DNA of 64,000 bases. It comes from Escherichia coli (lineage in GTDB: Bacteria; Pseudomonadota; Gammaproteobacteria; Enterobacterales; Enterobacteriaceae). The first letter of the stretch is position 1. Each line of letters begins with the position of its first letter. This document shows, piece by piece, positions 13,514 through 26,162 of this stretch. The translations under genes were made by a program, and so were the position numbers. The notes under the pieces are model-generated. The model did no database searches. It was not told where the DNA came from and saw only the letters and a program-made list of their open reading frames with translations. The DNA lies in assembly GCF_003334815.1 (NCBI RefSeq), contig NZ_QOWO01000015.1, one strand, 5' to 3'.

Positions 13514-14947
13514 ATGTTTAAGAATGCATTTGCTAACCTGCAAAAGGTCGGTAAATCGCTGATGCTGCCGGTATCCGTACTGCCTATCGCAGGTATTCTG
13601 CTGGGCGTCGGTTCCGCGAATTTCAGCTGGCTGCCCGCCGTTGTATCGCATGTTATGGCAGAAGCAGGCGGTTCCGTCTTTGCAAACATGCCACTGATTT
13701 TTGCGATCGGTGTCGCCCTCGGCTTTACCAATAACGATGGCGTATCCGCGCTGGCCGCAGTTGTTGCCTATGGCATCATGGTTAAAACCATGGCCGTGGT
13801 TGCGCCACTGGTACTGCATTTACCTGCTGAAGAAATCGCCTCTAAACACCTGGCGGATACTGGCGTACTCGGAGGGATTATCTCCGGTGCGATCGCAGCG
13901 TACATGTTTAACCGTTTCTACCGTATTAAGCTGCCTGAGTATCTTGGCTTCTTTGCCGGTAAACGCTTTGTGCCGATCATTTCTGGCCTGGCTGCCATCT
14001 TTACTGGCGTTGTGCTGTCCTTCATTTGGCCGCCGATTGGTTCTGCAATCCAGACCTTCTCTCAGTGGGCTGCTTACCAGAACCCGGTAGTTGCGTTTGG
14101 CATTTACGGTTTCATCGAACGTTGCCTGGTACCGTTTGGTCTGCACCACATCTGGAACGTACCTTTCCAGATGCAGATTGGTGAATACACCAACGCAGCA
14201 GGTCAGGTTTTCCACGGCGACATTCCGCGTTATATGGCGGGTGACCCGACTGCGGGTAAACTGTCTGGTGGCTTCCTGTTCAAAATGTACGGTCTGCCAG
14301 CTGCCGCAATTGCTATCTGGCACTCTGCTAAACCAGAAAACCGCGCGAAAGTGGGCGGTATTATGATCTCCGCGGCGCTGACCTCGTTCCTGACCGGTAT
14401 CACCGAGCCGATCGAGTTCTCCTTCATGTTCGTTGCGCCGATCCTGTACATCATCCACGCGATTCTGGCAGGCCTGGCATTCCCAATCTGTATTCTTCTG
14501 GGGATGCGTGACGGTACGTCGTTCTCGCACGGTCTGATCGACTTCATCGTTCTGTCTGGTAACAGCAGCAAACTGTGGCTGTTCCCGATCGTCGGTATCG
14601 GTTATGCGATTGTTTACTACACCATCTTCCGCGTGCTGATTAAAGCACTGGATCTGAAAACGCCGGGTCGTGAAGACGCGACTGAAGATGCAAAAGCGAC
14701 AGGTACCAGCGAAATGGCACCGGCTCTGGTTGCTGCATTTGGTGGTAAAGAAAACATTACTAACCTCGACGCATGTATTACCCGTCTGCGCGTCAGCGTT
14801 GCTGATGTGTCTAAAGTGGATCAGGCCGGCCTGAAGAAACTGGGCGCAGCGGGCGTAGTGGTTGCTGGTTCTGGTGTTCAGGCGATTTTCGGTACTAAAT
14901 CCGATAACCTGAAAACCGAGATGGATGAGTACATCCGTAACCACTAA
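13514..14947 (+). CDS. ptsG: Glucose-specific PTS enzyme IICB, 477 aa
   Basis: Intact ORF with multispanning IIC domain and C-terminal IIB domain (CITRLR phosphocysteine context). Confidence 0.96.
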
Positions 14948-14970
14948 TCCGTAAGACGTTGGGGAGACTA

Positions 14971-14997
14971 AGGCAGCCAGATGGCTGCCTTTTTTAC
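14971..14997. terminator. Bidirectional intrinsic terminator between convergent ptsG and fhuE
   Basis: Hairpin AGGCAGCCA-GAT-GGCTGCCT flanked by T5 on the + strand and an A-tract on the other side. Confidence 0.6.
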
Positions 14998-15006
14998 AGG
15001 TGTTAT

Positions 15007-17196
15007 TCAGAATTGATACGTGCCGGTAATGCTGAAATTACGCGGTGTGCCGTAGACGATAGAACCTTCCACGTTGGTATCGTAGGTTTTGTCGAACAGG
15101 TTATTGACGTTCCCCTGTAACGAGAAGTTTTTCGTCACCTGGTAGCGGGTGAAGAGATCCACCAGCGCGTAGCTACCTTGCTCGGCGCGGAAGGTGCCAT
15201 ACGGCGTCACGGTGTCGGTATACACGCGATTTTGCCAGTTAACACCACCGCCGACCGTCAACTCTGGCATGACAGGCAACCGATAGCTGGTGAACATTTT
15301 AACCGTGGTGCGTGGCAGATTAGGATTAACGGCGTTTCCTTCGTTATCCTCTGCAATATAGCGCGTTGCGCCAAATGTCAGCTGCCAGTTGTCGGTAATT
15401 GCGCCGTTGAGTTCAAATTCCACCCCTTTACTGACTGTCCCATCCACCGCTTTATAGGCGGTTTCGCCGTTGCTGCCGGGGATAGGTGTACCGGTGGACT
15501 GAGCGACATTATCCTGCTCAATACGGAAGATGGCTAACGTGGTGGTCAGACGGCTATTCATCCAGTCCGATTTCAGACCCAGCTCGTAGTTGTTACCGGT
15601 GATTGGAGCCAGATATTTGCCTGAACTGTCACGATCATTTTGCGGCTGGAAAATAGAGGTATAGCTGGCGTAGGTCGACCAGTTGTCATTGATGTCAAAC
15701 ACCAGACCAGCGTAAGGCGTGGTGTGGTTTTTCTCCATGCTGTAAGTCAGCGTATCAACCCGCCAGTTGGTATAACGTGCGCCGAGGATCAGATGCAGCG
15801 GATCGGCAAGGGTGACACGAGTGGCAGCATATAACGATTTCATATGTGTGGTATCGTCCTGCGCCAGGCTCTGTGGTGACCAGTCGGTTTGTGGGAAATT
15901 GCCATTAAAGTTGTAGAAACTGCCAATTTCATCCGGGAAGATGTTGGCCCATGAACTGAAGTAACGATTGTTTTGTTTGCTGTAACTGCCACCAAACATT
16001 AGATTGTGCTGACGACCAAACAATTCATAACTACCGTCAGCGAACAAATCCAGCGCATCAACTTTACGTTTGCCACTGTTCCAACCGGTGCCGCCGACAT
16101 AATCAAAGCCAGGTCCATAATTACTGTATGGCCCAACCAGCATACCATCCGCTTTGTTTACATAGGCATCGACATACATCATTTTGCTGTCAAATTCGAC
16201 TTCAGAGTGGGTGGCATTCAGTGTCGCTTGCCAGGTATCAGCAAACTGCTGCTTCAGGGTCATAAAGACCTTGTTGATCTCTTTATCGTTGTACGCCCAG
16301 TCAGGTGCGGTACTGCGTGCGCGATCGTAACTGTTGCTGCTGCCATCAGTATTCCAGCGCGGTAAACCGCCCCAGGTAGGGCTATTAACATCAATGCGCT
16401 GATATTCGTAACCGGCTGAAAGCGTCGTAAGATCGCCTAAATCAGCATCGACAATGCCCGAGAAGAAGGTCTTTTCACTGTTGTAGCGGTCCAGCCATGA
16501 GTCGTTATTCTGGTAGCCGCCGACAATTCGCGCGCGGATTTTACCGTCTTCGGTGAGTGGGCTTTGTAAATCCGCCACATACCGTTCTTTGTTCCAGCTA
16601 CCGTATTCCGCCGAGACATCGCCTTTAAATTCACGACTGGTCGCGTGTTTTCGAACCATATTAATTGCCGCAGATGGATTACCCGTCCCGGTCATGAGTC
16701 CTGTCGCGCCACGCACTACTTCTACGCGTTCAAAGAGTGCCATATCAGAAAGTGCGTCGCCCAGATTCCAGCGCGATTCAAAATAGGTGGGGATACCATC
16801 AACCATATAGTTATCGATCTGGAATCCGCGGGAATAATAAAGAGCACGATCGGAATCCGCCTGACTTTTGCTGATCCCCAGCGTGTTTTCCATCACTTCG
16901 CCCAGCGTTTGTAACTGCTGATCTTCCATCCGCTGCTGGCTAACAATAGTGACCGACTGAGGAATATCACGTTGAGTCATCTGCATTTTGGTACCCGCAG
17001 AGGTAGACGTTACGCTGTAATCATTTTCGCCATCATCTGGAGCTGTGGCTGAACCCTCAACAATCACCGTTTCTTCAGTGGCTGGTGCAGCAAAAGCGGC
17101 AGAAGGTAATAGTGCCAGTGCTATGCAACCGGCAAGTAGTGACGGTTTGGTGATGGCTTGATATTGATTATCCCTGTTAAATTGTGTTGAAAGCAT
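15007..17196 (-). CDS. fhuE: TonB-dependent outer-membrane ferric-siderophore receptor, 729 aa
   Basis: Signal peptide, TonB box, and terminal aromatic residue (...TGTYQF) typical of TonB-dependent transporters. Confidence 0.93.
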   Translation of the reverse strand: MLSTQFNRDNQYQAITKPSLLAGCIALALLPSAAFAAPATEETVIVEGSATAPDDGENDYSVTSTSAGTKMQMTQRDIPQSVTIVSQQRMEDQQLQTLGEVMENTLGISKSQADSDRALYYSRGFQIDNYMVDGIPTYFESRWNLGDALSDMALFERVEVVRGATGLMTGTGNPSAAINMVRKHATSREFKGDVSAEYGSWNKERYVADLQSPLTEDGKIRARIVGGYQNNDSWLDRYNSEKTFFSGIVDADLGDLTTLSAGYEYQRIDVNSPTWGGLPRWNTDGSSNSYDRARSTAPDWAYNDKEINKVFMTLKQQFADTWQATLNATHSEVEFDSKMMYVDAYVNKADGMLVGPYSNYGPGFDYVGGTGWNSGKRKVDALDLFADGSYELFGRQHNLMFGGSYSKQNNRYFSSWANIFPDEIGSFYNFNGNFPQTDWSPQSLAQDDTTHMKSLYAATRVTLADPLHLILGARYTNWRVDTLTYSMEKNHTTPYAGLVFDINDNWSTYASYTSIFQPQNDRDSSGKYLAPITGNNYELGLKSDWMNSRLTTTLAIFRIEQDNVAQSTGTPIPGSNGETAYKAVDGTVSKGVEFELNGAITDNWQLTFGATRYIAEDNEGNAVNPNLPRTTVKMFTSYRLPVMPELTVGGGVNWQNRVYTDTVTPYGTFRAEQGSYALVDLFTRYQVTKNFSLQGNVNNLFDKTYDTNVEGSIVYGTPRNFSITGTYQF

Positions 17197-17529
17197 TTGA
17201 AATCTCTTGGTTTATGTTGTCGTCAGGCTCATGCCGGAGGAGGGTGATGAGCGATTATATTTAGTGTGCGAATAATTTTGTTTGTAAATGCAAATGAGAA
17301 ATATACGCATTCATATTTGTCATGTAAACCAAACAGAGAATGTCTTTTCAGCGCATTCGCAGGCAGAAATGGGAATAATGGCGATATATACGGCAGCAAA
17401 ACGATTTTTTGCTTAAGAAATCGTGAGTTAAGGTTGAAAGAGCAGGTTTAACTCGACCATACTCTATACTCGCAGTGTGGCGCGGCGTAGCATGGCGCAA
17501 CGCATGGCTATTTGAAAAAGGAAAATGTC

Positions 17530-17889
17530 GTGGCAGAAGAAACTATATTCAGCAAAATTATTCGTCGTGAGATCCCCTCCGATATCGTCTACCAGGATGA
17601 TCTGGTAACGGCGTTTCGCGATATTTCGCCGCAAGCGCCAACGCATATTCTGATCATTCCGAATATCCTCATTCCGACTGTGAACGACGTCTCAGCTGAG
17701 CATGAGCAGGCGCTGGGACGCATGATCACCGTAGCGGCAAAAATTGCTGAGCAAGAAGGTATTGCCGAAGATGGCTATCGTCTGATCATGAATACCAACC
17801 GCCATGGCGGACAAGAGGTTTACCACATCCATATGCACTTGTTGGGTGGCCGTCCGCTGGGACCAATGCTGGCGCATAAAGGTCTGTAA
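17530..17889 (+). CDS. hinT: HIT-family purine nucleoside phosphoramidase, 119 aa
   Basis: Histidine-triad motif [10 protein letters not shown] start at 17530 preferred to the upstream ORF-track start. Confidence 0.88.
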   Translation: MAEETIFSKIIRREIPSDIVYQDDLVTAFRDISPQAPTHILIIPNILIPTVNDVSAEHEQALGRMITVAAKIAEQEGIAEDGYRLIMNTNRHGGQEVYHIHMHLLGGRPLGPMLAHKGL

Positions 17890-17891
17890 CG

Positions 17892-18269
17892 ATGAGAAAA
17901 GGATGCTTTGGGCTGGTGTCTCTGGTGTTGTTACTGCTGGTGGGCTGTCGTTCACATCCGGAAATTCCGGTGAATGATGAGCAATCGCTGGTGATGGAGT
18001 CATCTTTATTGGCTGCGGGCATCAGTGCAGAAAAGCCCTTCCTTTCGACGTCTGATATTCAACCTTCAGCATCCTCAACGCTTTATAACGAAAGGCAAGA
18101 ACCCGTTACCGTTCATTATCGTTTTTACTGGTATGACGCCAGAGGGCTGGAGATGCATCCTCTGGAAAGGCCACGCAGCGTTACCATTCCCGCACATTCG
18201 GCGGTAACGCTGTACGGCAGCGCCAATTTTCTGGGGGCGCACAAAGTCAGACTTTATCTATATTTGTAA
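17892..18269 (+). CDS. ycfL: Lipoprotein YcfL, 125 aa
   Basis: Lipobox LLVGC; 3-bp gap after hinT. Confidence 0.85.
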   Translation: MRKGCFGLVSLVLLLLVGCRSHPEIPVNDEQSLVMESSLLAAGISAEKPFLSTSDIQPSASSTLYNERQEPVTVHYRFYWYDARGLEMHPLERPRSVTIPAHSAVTLYGSANFLGAHKVRLYLYL

Positions 18270-18282
18270 GGGGTGAATCTTG

Positions 18283-18904
18283 ATGACAAAAATGAGTCGC
18301 TACGCCTTGATTACCGCGCTGGCGATGTTTCTCGCCGGGTGTGTGGGGCAACGTGAACCTGCACCGGTAGAAGAAGTGAAACCAGCGCCGGAACAACCAG
18401 CCGAGCCACAACAGCCTGTCCCCACAGTGCCCTCGGTGCCGACGATCCCGCAGCAGCCAGGCCCAATTGAGCACGAAGATCAAACTGCACCGCCTGCGCC
18501 GCATATTCGCCATTATGACTGGAATGGCGCAATGCAGCCGATGGTCAGTAAGATGCTTGGGGCTGACGGGGTGACTGCGGGTAGCGTCCTGCTGGTTGAT
18601 AGCGTTAACAACCGTACTAACGGTTCGCTGAATGCCGCAGAAGCGACCGAAACGCTGCGAAATGCGCTGGCTAATAACGGGAAATTTACCCTGGTTTCCG
18701 CCCAGCAACTGTCGATGGCGAAGCAACAGTTAGGTTTGTCGCCGCAGGACAGTTTAGGCACCCGTAGTAAAGCCATAGGCATTGCCCGCAATGTCGGCGC
18801 TCATTACGTGCTGTACTCCAGCGCCTCTGGCAACGTTAACGCTCCGACCCTACAAATGCAGCTGATGCTGGTGCAGACGGGCGAAATTATCTGGTCAGGT
18901 AAAG

Positions 18905-18924
<20 letters not shown>
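18283..18924 (+). CDS. lpoB: Outer-membrane lipoprotein activator of PBP1b
   Basis: Lipobox FLAGC followed by a Pro-rich linker and C-terminal globular domain. Confidence 0.88.
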
Positions 18925-20765
<1,841 letters not shown>

Positions 20766-20787
20766 CCCTGGCTTATGTGAGGAAGCG

Positions 20788-21330
20788 ATGATTATCTATT
20801 TACACGGTTTTGACTCTAACAGTCCGGGTAACCACGAGAAAGTCTTACAATTGCAGTTTATTGACCCGGATGTACGCTTGATAAGCTACAGTACGCGGCA
20901 TCCGAAACATGATATGCAGCATCTGCTTAAAGAAGTGGACAAAATGTTGCAACTGAACGTTGACGAGCGTCCGCTAATTTGCGGCGTTGGCTTGGGCGGA
21001 TACTGGGCGGAACGGATTGGTTTTCTTTGCGACATCCGCCAGGTGATCTTCAACCCTAATTTGTTCCCTTATGAGAACATGGAAGGCAAGATTGATCGCC
21101 CGGAAGAGTATGCCGATATTGCCACTAAGTGTGTGACCAACTTCCGTGAAAAGAATCGCGATCGTTGCCTGGTGATTTTGTCGCGTAATGATGAAGCGCT
21201 TAACAGCCAGCGGACATCTGAAGAGTTGCATCATTATTACGAGATTGTCTGGGACGAAGAGCAGACGCACAAATTCAAGAATATCTCCCCGCATTTACAG
21301 CGCATTAAAGCGTTCAAAACCCTCGGGTAA
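20788..21330 (+). CDS. ycfP: UPF0227 alpha/beta-hydrolase-like protein YcfP, 180 aa
   Basis: [18 protein letters not shown]...; ATG at 20788 preferred to the longer ORF-track start that overlaps nagZ. Confidence 0.85.
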
Positions 21331-21334
21331 ATGC

Positions 21335-21470
21335 CCTCGTCGCATCAGGTAACCTTGCCGGTACCTGATGCGCTCCGAATTCTGTGGGTCGGATAAGGCG
21401 TCCACGCCGCATCCGACAGTCGAGCATCAATGCCTGATGCGCTTCTTATCAGGCCTACCGAACGCCCTGC
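21335..21470. repeat. REP element cluster downstream of ycfP
   Basis: Repeated GCCGGATAAGGCG / CGCATCCGAC / GCCTGATGCGC palindromic units. Confidence 0.55.
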
Positions 21471-21729
21471 ATACACCCCTCACTCTATATCACTCTCACA
21501 AATTCGCTCAAATAATAAACAATAAACTCTGTTTTTTGATCTCACCCGGTAAAGTCGCCTATCTTTTCAGCAACAAAACTTGATTAACATCAATTTTGGT
21601 ATGACCAATGCACCATTCATGTTATTCTCAATAGCGAAGAACATTTTCATTGCTGTAACCTGTTGTTAATTAAGAGCTATGTTAATAACCATTAATTAAC
21701 AATTGGTTAATAAATTTAAGGGGGTCACG

Positions 21730-23034
21730 TTGACTACGCCATTGAAAAAGATTGTGATTGTCGGCGGCGGTGCTGGTGGGCTGGAAATGGCAACACAGCT
21801 GGGGCATAAGCTGGGACGCAAGAAAAAAGCCAAAATTACGCTGGTCGATCGTAACCACAGCCACCTGTGGAAACCGCTGCTGCACGAAGTGGCGACTGGC
21901 TCGCTTGATGAAGGCGTCGATGCGTTGAGCTATCTGGCCCATGCGCGCAATCATGGTTTCCAGTTCCAGCTGGGTTCCGTCATTGATATTGATCGTGAAG
22001 CGAAAACAATCACTATTGCAGAACTGCGCGACGAGAAAGGTGAACTGCTGGTTCCGGAACGTAAAATCGCCTATGACACCCTGGTAATGGCGCTGGGTAG
22101 CACCTCTAACGATTTCAATACGCCAGGTGTCAAAGAGAACTGCATTTTCCTCGATAACCCGCACCAGGCGCGTCGCTTCCACCAGGAGATGCTGAATTTG
22201 TTCCTGAAATACTCCGCCAACCTGGGCGCGAATGGCAAAGTGAACATTGCGATTGTCGGCGGCGGCGCGACGGGTGTAGAACTCTCCGCTGAATTGCACA
22301 ACGCGGTCAAGCAACTGCACAGCTACGGTTACAAAGGCCTGACCAACGAAGCCCTGAACGTAACGCTGGTAGAAGCGGGAGAACGTATTTTGCCTGCGTT
22401 ACCGCCACGTATCTCTGCTGCGGCCCACAACGAGCTAACGAAACTTGGCGTTCGCGTGCTGACGCAAACCATGGTCACCAGTGCTGATGAAGGCGGCCTG
22501 CACACTAAAGATGGCGAATATATTGAGGCTGATCTGATGGTATGGGCAGCCGGGATCAAAGCGCCAGACTTCCTGAAAGATATCGGTGGTCTTGAAACTA
22601 ACCGTATCAACCAGCTGGTGGTGGAACCGACGCTGCAAACCACCCGCGATCCAGACATTTACGCTATTGGCGACTGCGCGTCATGCCCGCGTCCGGAAGG
22701 GGGCTTTGTTCCGCCGCGTGCTCAGGCTGCACACCAGATGGCGACTTGCGCAATGAACAACATTCTGGCGCAGATGAACGGTAAGCCGCTGAAAAATTAT
22801 CAGTATAAAGATCATGGTTCGCTGGTATCGCTGTCGAACTTCTCCACCGTCGGTAGCCTGATGGGTAACCTGACGCGCGGCTCAATGATGATTGAAGGAC
22901 GAATTGCGCGCTTTGTATATATCTCGCTATACCGAATGCATCAGATTGCGCTGCATGGTTACTTTAAAACCGGATTAATGATGCTGGTGGGGAGTATTAA
23001 CCGCGTTATCCGTCCGCGTTTGAAGTTGCATTAA
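21730..23034 (+). CDS. ndh: Type II NADH:quinone oxidoreductase (NDH-2), 434 aa
   Basis: FAD/NAD Rossmann motifs ([20 protein letters not shown]); the codon at the expected start is TTG, preceded by SD AAGGGGGT. Confidence 0.9.
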
Positions 23035-23243
23035 TCGACGTACACTGGCGGATGTGGCATAAACGCCTCATCCGCCCTTGAGGAACAGCGCGATCGGCAG
23101 CCGCGTTGTATCAGGCATCCTTTCAGACTCCTCCGAATCCTTAAGTATTTCCAGCCATTCCCGCGCTTTTCATCTTCTGTCTGATAGCTGCTTTTCTCCT
23201 TCGCTTGCATGATTGGCATAACTGCAAAGAAGGAGGTGTTCCC

Positions 23244-23783
23244 GTGAATAAATCAATGTTGGCGGGTATCGGGATTGGTGTCGCAGCTGCGCTGGGCGTA
23301 GCGGCAGTGGCCAGTCTGAACGTGTTTGAACGGGGCCCGCAATACGCTCAGGTTGTTTCTGCAACCCCAATCAAGGAAACGGTTAAAACACCGCGTCAGG
23401 AGTGTCGCAACGTCACAGTGACCCATCGTCGACCGGTGCAGGATGAAAATCGCATTACCGGGTCGGTGCTCGGCGCTGTTGCTGGCGGCGTGATAGGGCA
23501 TCAGTTTGGTGGTGGTCGCGGTAAAGATGTCGCCACTGTTGTGGGGGCGCTGGGTGGTGGATATGCCGGTAACCAGATCCAGGGCTCTCTCCAGGAAAGC
23601 GATACTTACACGACTACGCAACAGCGTTGTAAAACGGTGTATGACAAGTCAGAAAAAATGCTCGGTTATGATGTGACCTATAAGATTGGCGATCAGCAGG
23701 GCAAAATCCGCATGGACCGCGATCCGGGTACGCAGATCCCGCTAGATAGCAACGGGCAACTGATTTTGAATAACAAAGTATAA
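23244..23783 (+). CDS. ycfJ: Glycine-zipper outer-membrane protein YcfJ, 179 aa
   Basis: MNKSMLAGIGIGVAAALG... with Gly-zipper segment; start taken at GTG 23244. Confidence 0.85.
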   Translation: MNKSMLAGIGIGVAAALGVAAVASLNVFERGPQYAQVVSATPIKETVKTPRQECRNVTVTHRRPVQDENRITGSVLGAVAGGVIGHQFGGGRGKDVATVVGALGGGYAGNQIQGSLQESDTYTTTQQRCKTVYDKSEKMLGYDVTYKIGDQQGKIRMDRDPGTQIPLDSNGQLILNNKV

Positions 23784-23805
23784 CAAGGCTGTACTCTGCA
23801 ATTTG

Positions 23806-23839
23806 GCCCCTCATTCGCTCAGGCTGAGGGGCTTTTTTT
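23806..23839. terminator. Intrinsic terminator between ycfJ and convergent comR
   Basis: Hairpin GCCCCTCA...TGAGGGGC followed by T7. Confidence 0.6.
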
Positions 23840-23844
23840 GCGAC

Positions 23845-24477
23845 TTATTTCACCAGTTCGGGCCATAAACGCAAAGTCGTTCCGGCAATCTGCATCAGTT
23901 TTTCCAGCGATGCACCTTCGCGTGCGCTGATCGACATCCCCTGAATAATACAATTAAGGAATTCTGCCAGATGTGTCACGTCACAGTGGGGCGGGATTTC
24001 CCCGCGCGCTTGTCGTTGACATAAAAACTGCTGCAAAGTGCGCTCTTGCATCGCATGGCGTGATTTCAACGTATTGGCGATATCTCCTGAATCTGGGGAG
24101 AGGGTGGTGCAGTTGTTGATCATGAAGCAGCCTGCCGGGGTGTCTTTGCTGGTAAAGCAGTTGGCGATGGCAGCAAAATAGTCAGCCAGCGCAGACTCCA
24201 CGCTTTTCTCTTCACAAAACAGCTGTGCTTCATGCTTAGCGGCAAAACGATCGATATAGCGGTCGAGAACGGCACGAAATAACCCCTCTTTGTTGGTAAA
24301 TTCCGCGTATAGCGTGGGCGCTTTGGCTCCGGTCGCTTCGACGAGGTCCGCAAGAGAAGTCGCTTCATAACCGTGTTGCCAGAACAATTTCATGGCCTTA
24401 TCAAGCGCGGCATCCCTGTCGAACACTTTTGGGCGGCCACGGCTTTTTTTTACACATTGTGTTGAGTCAGTTGCCAT
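23845..24477 (-). CDS. comR: TetR-family repressor ComR (YcfQ), 210 aa
   Basis: N-terminal TetR HTH (RGRPKVFDRDAALDKAMKLFWQHGYEATS); start at the internal ATG giving 210 aa. Confidence 0.88.
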   Translation of the reverse strand: MATDSTQCVKKSRGRPKVFDRDAALDKAMKLFWQHGYEATSLADLVEATGAKAPTLYAEFTNKEGLFRAVLDRYIDRFAAKHEAQLFCEEKSVESALADYFAAIANCFTSKDTPAGCFMINNCTTLSPDSGDIANTLKSRHAMQERTLQQFLCQRQARGEIPPHCDVTHLAEFLNCIIQGMSISAREGASLEKLMQIAGTTLRLWPELVK

Positions 24478-24633
24478 GATGCCGTTGTACCTGGTGACTG
24501 TGAATGAAAGGTTATTATAAAAATAATCACCTCCGTTCACCAGTCCAGATCCCATAAAAATAATTGCTTTCTATTTAACTGAAATTTAAAGATTTTTAAA
24601 TTAATTAATGATTGTTATAAAAAATATCTTGTA

Positions 24634-24649
24634 TGTGATCCAGATCACA
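24634..24649. promoter_or_regulatory. Palindrome TGTGATC-N2-GATCACA in the comR-bhsA divergent region; candidate repressor operator
   Basis: Perfect 7-bp inverted-repeat arms about 70 bp upstream of bhsA; TetR-type operators are typically palindromic. Assignment to ComR is inference. Confidence 0.35.
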
Positions 24650-24717
24650 TCTATCATTTAGTTATCGATCGTTAAGTAATTGCTTGCGACGTCATTCATC
24701 TGCATAAGGCCACTATT

Positions 24718-24975
24718 ATGAAAAACGTAAAAACCCTCATCGCTGCGGCGATTTTAAGCTCCATGTCATTTGCCAGCTTTGCGGCTGTCGAAGTTCAGTC
24801 AACGCCAGAAGGCCAACAAAAAGTCGGTACAATCAGTGCTAACGCGGGGACAAATCTGGGATCGCTGGAAGAGCAGCTGGCGCAAAAAGCGGATGAGATG
24901 GGCGCAAAATCTTTCCGTATTACTTCTGTAACCGGTCCGAATACCCTCCATGGAACAGCAGTAATTTATAAATAA
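24718..24975 (+). CDS. bhsA: Stress and biofilm protein BhsA (YcfR), 85 aa
   Basis: Small secreted YdgH/BhsA-family protein with signal peptide. Confidence 0.9.
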   Translation: MKNVKTLIAAAILSSMSFASFAAVEVQSTPEGQQKVGTISANAGTNLGSLEEQLAQKADEMGAKSFRITSVTGPNTLHGTAVIYK

Positions 24976-25014
24976 GCATTAACCCTCATTAATGCCTGCT
25001 ACTGCTGATTTTTT

Positions 25015-25048
25015 CCCCGCGACATGCCGTGTCGCGGGGATTTTTTTA
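25015..25048. terminator. Bidirectional intrinsic terminator between bhsA and ldtC
   Basis: Hairpin CCCCGCGACA...TGTCGCGGGG flanked by T-runs on both sides. Confidence 0.6.
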
Positions 25049-25056
25049 TCCGGGCT

Positions 25057-26016
25057 TTACAGCGTTTGTGGGCTCACTTGATGACGGCGGACATCCACCG
25101 GCATCCCGGAACGGACATCCATCACATGTTGCATCACTTCAGCGTCAGTTTGTGCTGCATCTTTAAATGATTGCATTGCGCTATTCAGCGTAATTGGCAG
25201 CAGCTGCGGATCGTCATCAATCTTCTCTGACAGCGGCTGATGTACTTCAACCAGACGCGCACCGTTTGGTTCGGCAGAGACTTTTATCGGAGTGTTGATG
25301 ATATTCACTTTGGTGCCTGGGGTGACCTGGCTAAAGAGTGTTTTGATATCGTCATCCCGCAGACGAATACAGCCAGAACTTACCCGCATGCCAATGCCGA
25401 AATCGGCGTTCGTACCATGAAGCAAATAAACGCCGCCATAGGCCGCCAGACGAATCGCATGATGGCCCATTGGGTTATCCGGTCCAGCCGGCACTACCGC
25501 AGGCAACTCAATTCCCTGTGCTTTATAACGGGCGCGGATGTTTGCCGTTGGCGTCCAGGTTGGGTTTGCACGTTTGTCTGAAACGGTGGTCACCATTGTC
25601 GGTGTCAGCGTGTCACCACCTAACTGACCAATACCTATTGGATACACGGTTACCGAATTTTTACCCGGCGGGTAGTAATAGAGACGCAGCTCCGCAATGT
25701 TGATCACAATGCCTTCGCGCGGCGCATCTGGAAGTAGGGTTTGCAACGGGATCGTTAACACGCTGCCCGCGCGCGGTACGTAAGGATCAACGCCGGGGTT
25801 AGCCTGTAACAGAGCGAGAAAGCCGACGTTGTATTTTTTGGCGATGGCTTCCAGAGAACCACCGTCATTTTCCACCACATGAAATTTGTTTTCGCCAACC
25901 AGACGACTGCCCGCTGGCGGCAGCGGCCAGGTGTTGGCTTTTGCCGGTAGCGCCAGCGCCACGGCAGCGGCGAACGTAAAAAACGTTAGCCAGCGAGAAA
26001 AACGCGTTTTGATCAT
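25057..26016 (-). CDS. ldtC: L,D-transpeptidase (YcfS)
   Basis: LysM domain plus YkuD catalytic domain (HGTNADFGIGMRVSSGCIRL); start ambiguous between 26016 and 26022. Confidence 0.88.
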   Translation of the reverse strand: MIKTRFSRWLTFFTFAAAVALALPAKANTWPLPPAGSRLVGENKFHVVENDGGSLEAIAKKYNVGFLALLQANPGVDPYVPRAGSVLTIPLQTLLPDAPREGIVINIAELRLYYYPPGKNSVTVYPIGIGQLGGDTLTPTMVTTVSDKRANPTWTPTANIRARYKAQGIELPAVVPAGPDNPMGHHAIRLAAYGGVYLLHGTNADFGIGMRVSSGCIRLRDDDIKTLFSQVTPGTKVNIINTPIKVSAEPNGARLVEVHQPLSEKIDDDPQLLPITLNSAMQSFKDAAQTDAEVMQHVMDVRSGMPVDVRRHQVSPQTL

Positions 26017-26162
26017 CACCAAAAATCCATAATAAATATAAGGTTATTGTAATAAACAGATAAGCCTGAATTATGGATGGTGACAGTGTCGGATAGTGCA
26101 GGGAAGTGCAAAGAATTTGTAAATGTTGCAGATGGGGGCGCAGAAACGCCCCCGATTTACCA

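Noticed and set aside
13820-14944. 374-aa ORF on the minus strand
   Set aside because: Lies entirely antisense to ptsG; an Arg/Thr/Val-rich low-complexity translation typical of a shadow ORF opposite a GC-rich gene, with no RBS or domain signature.
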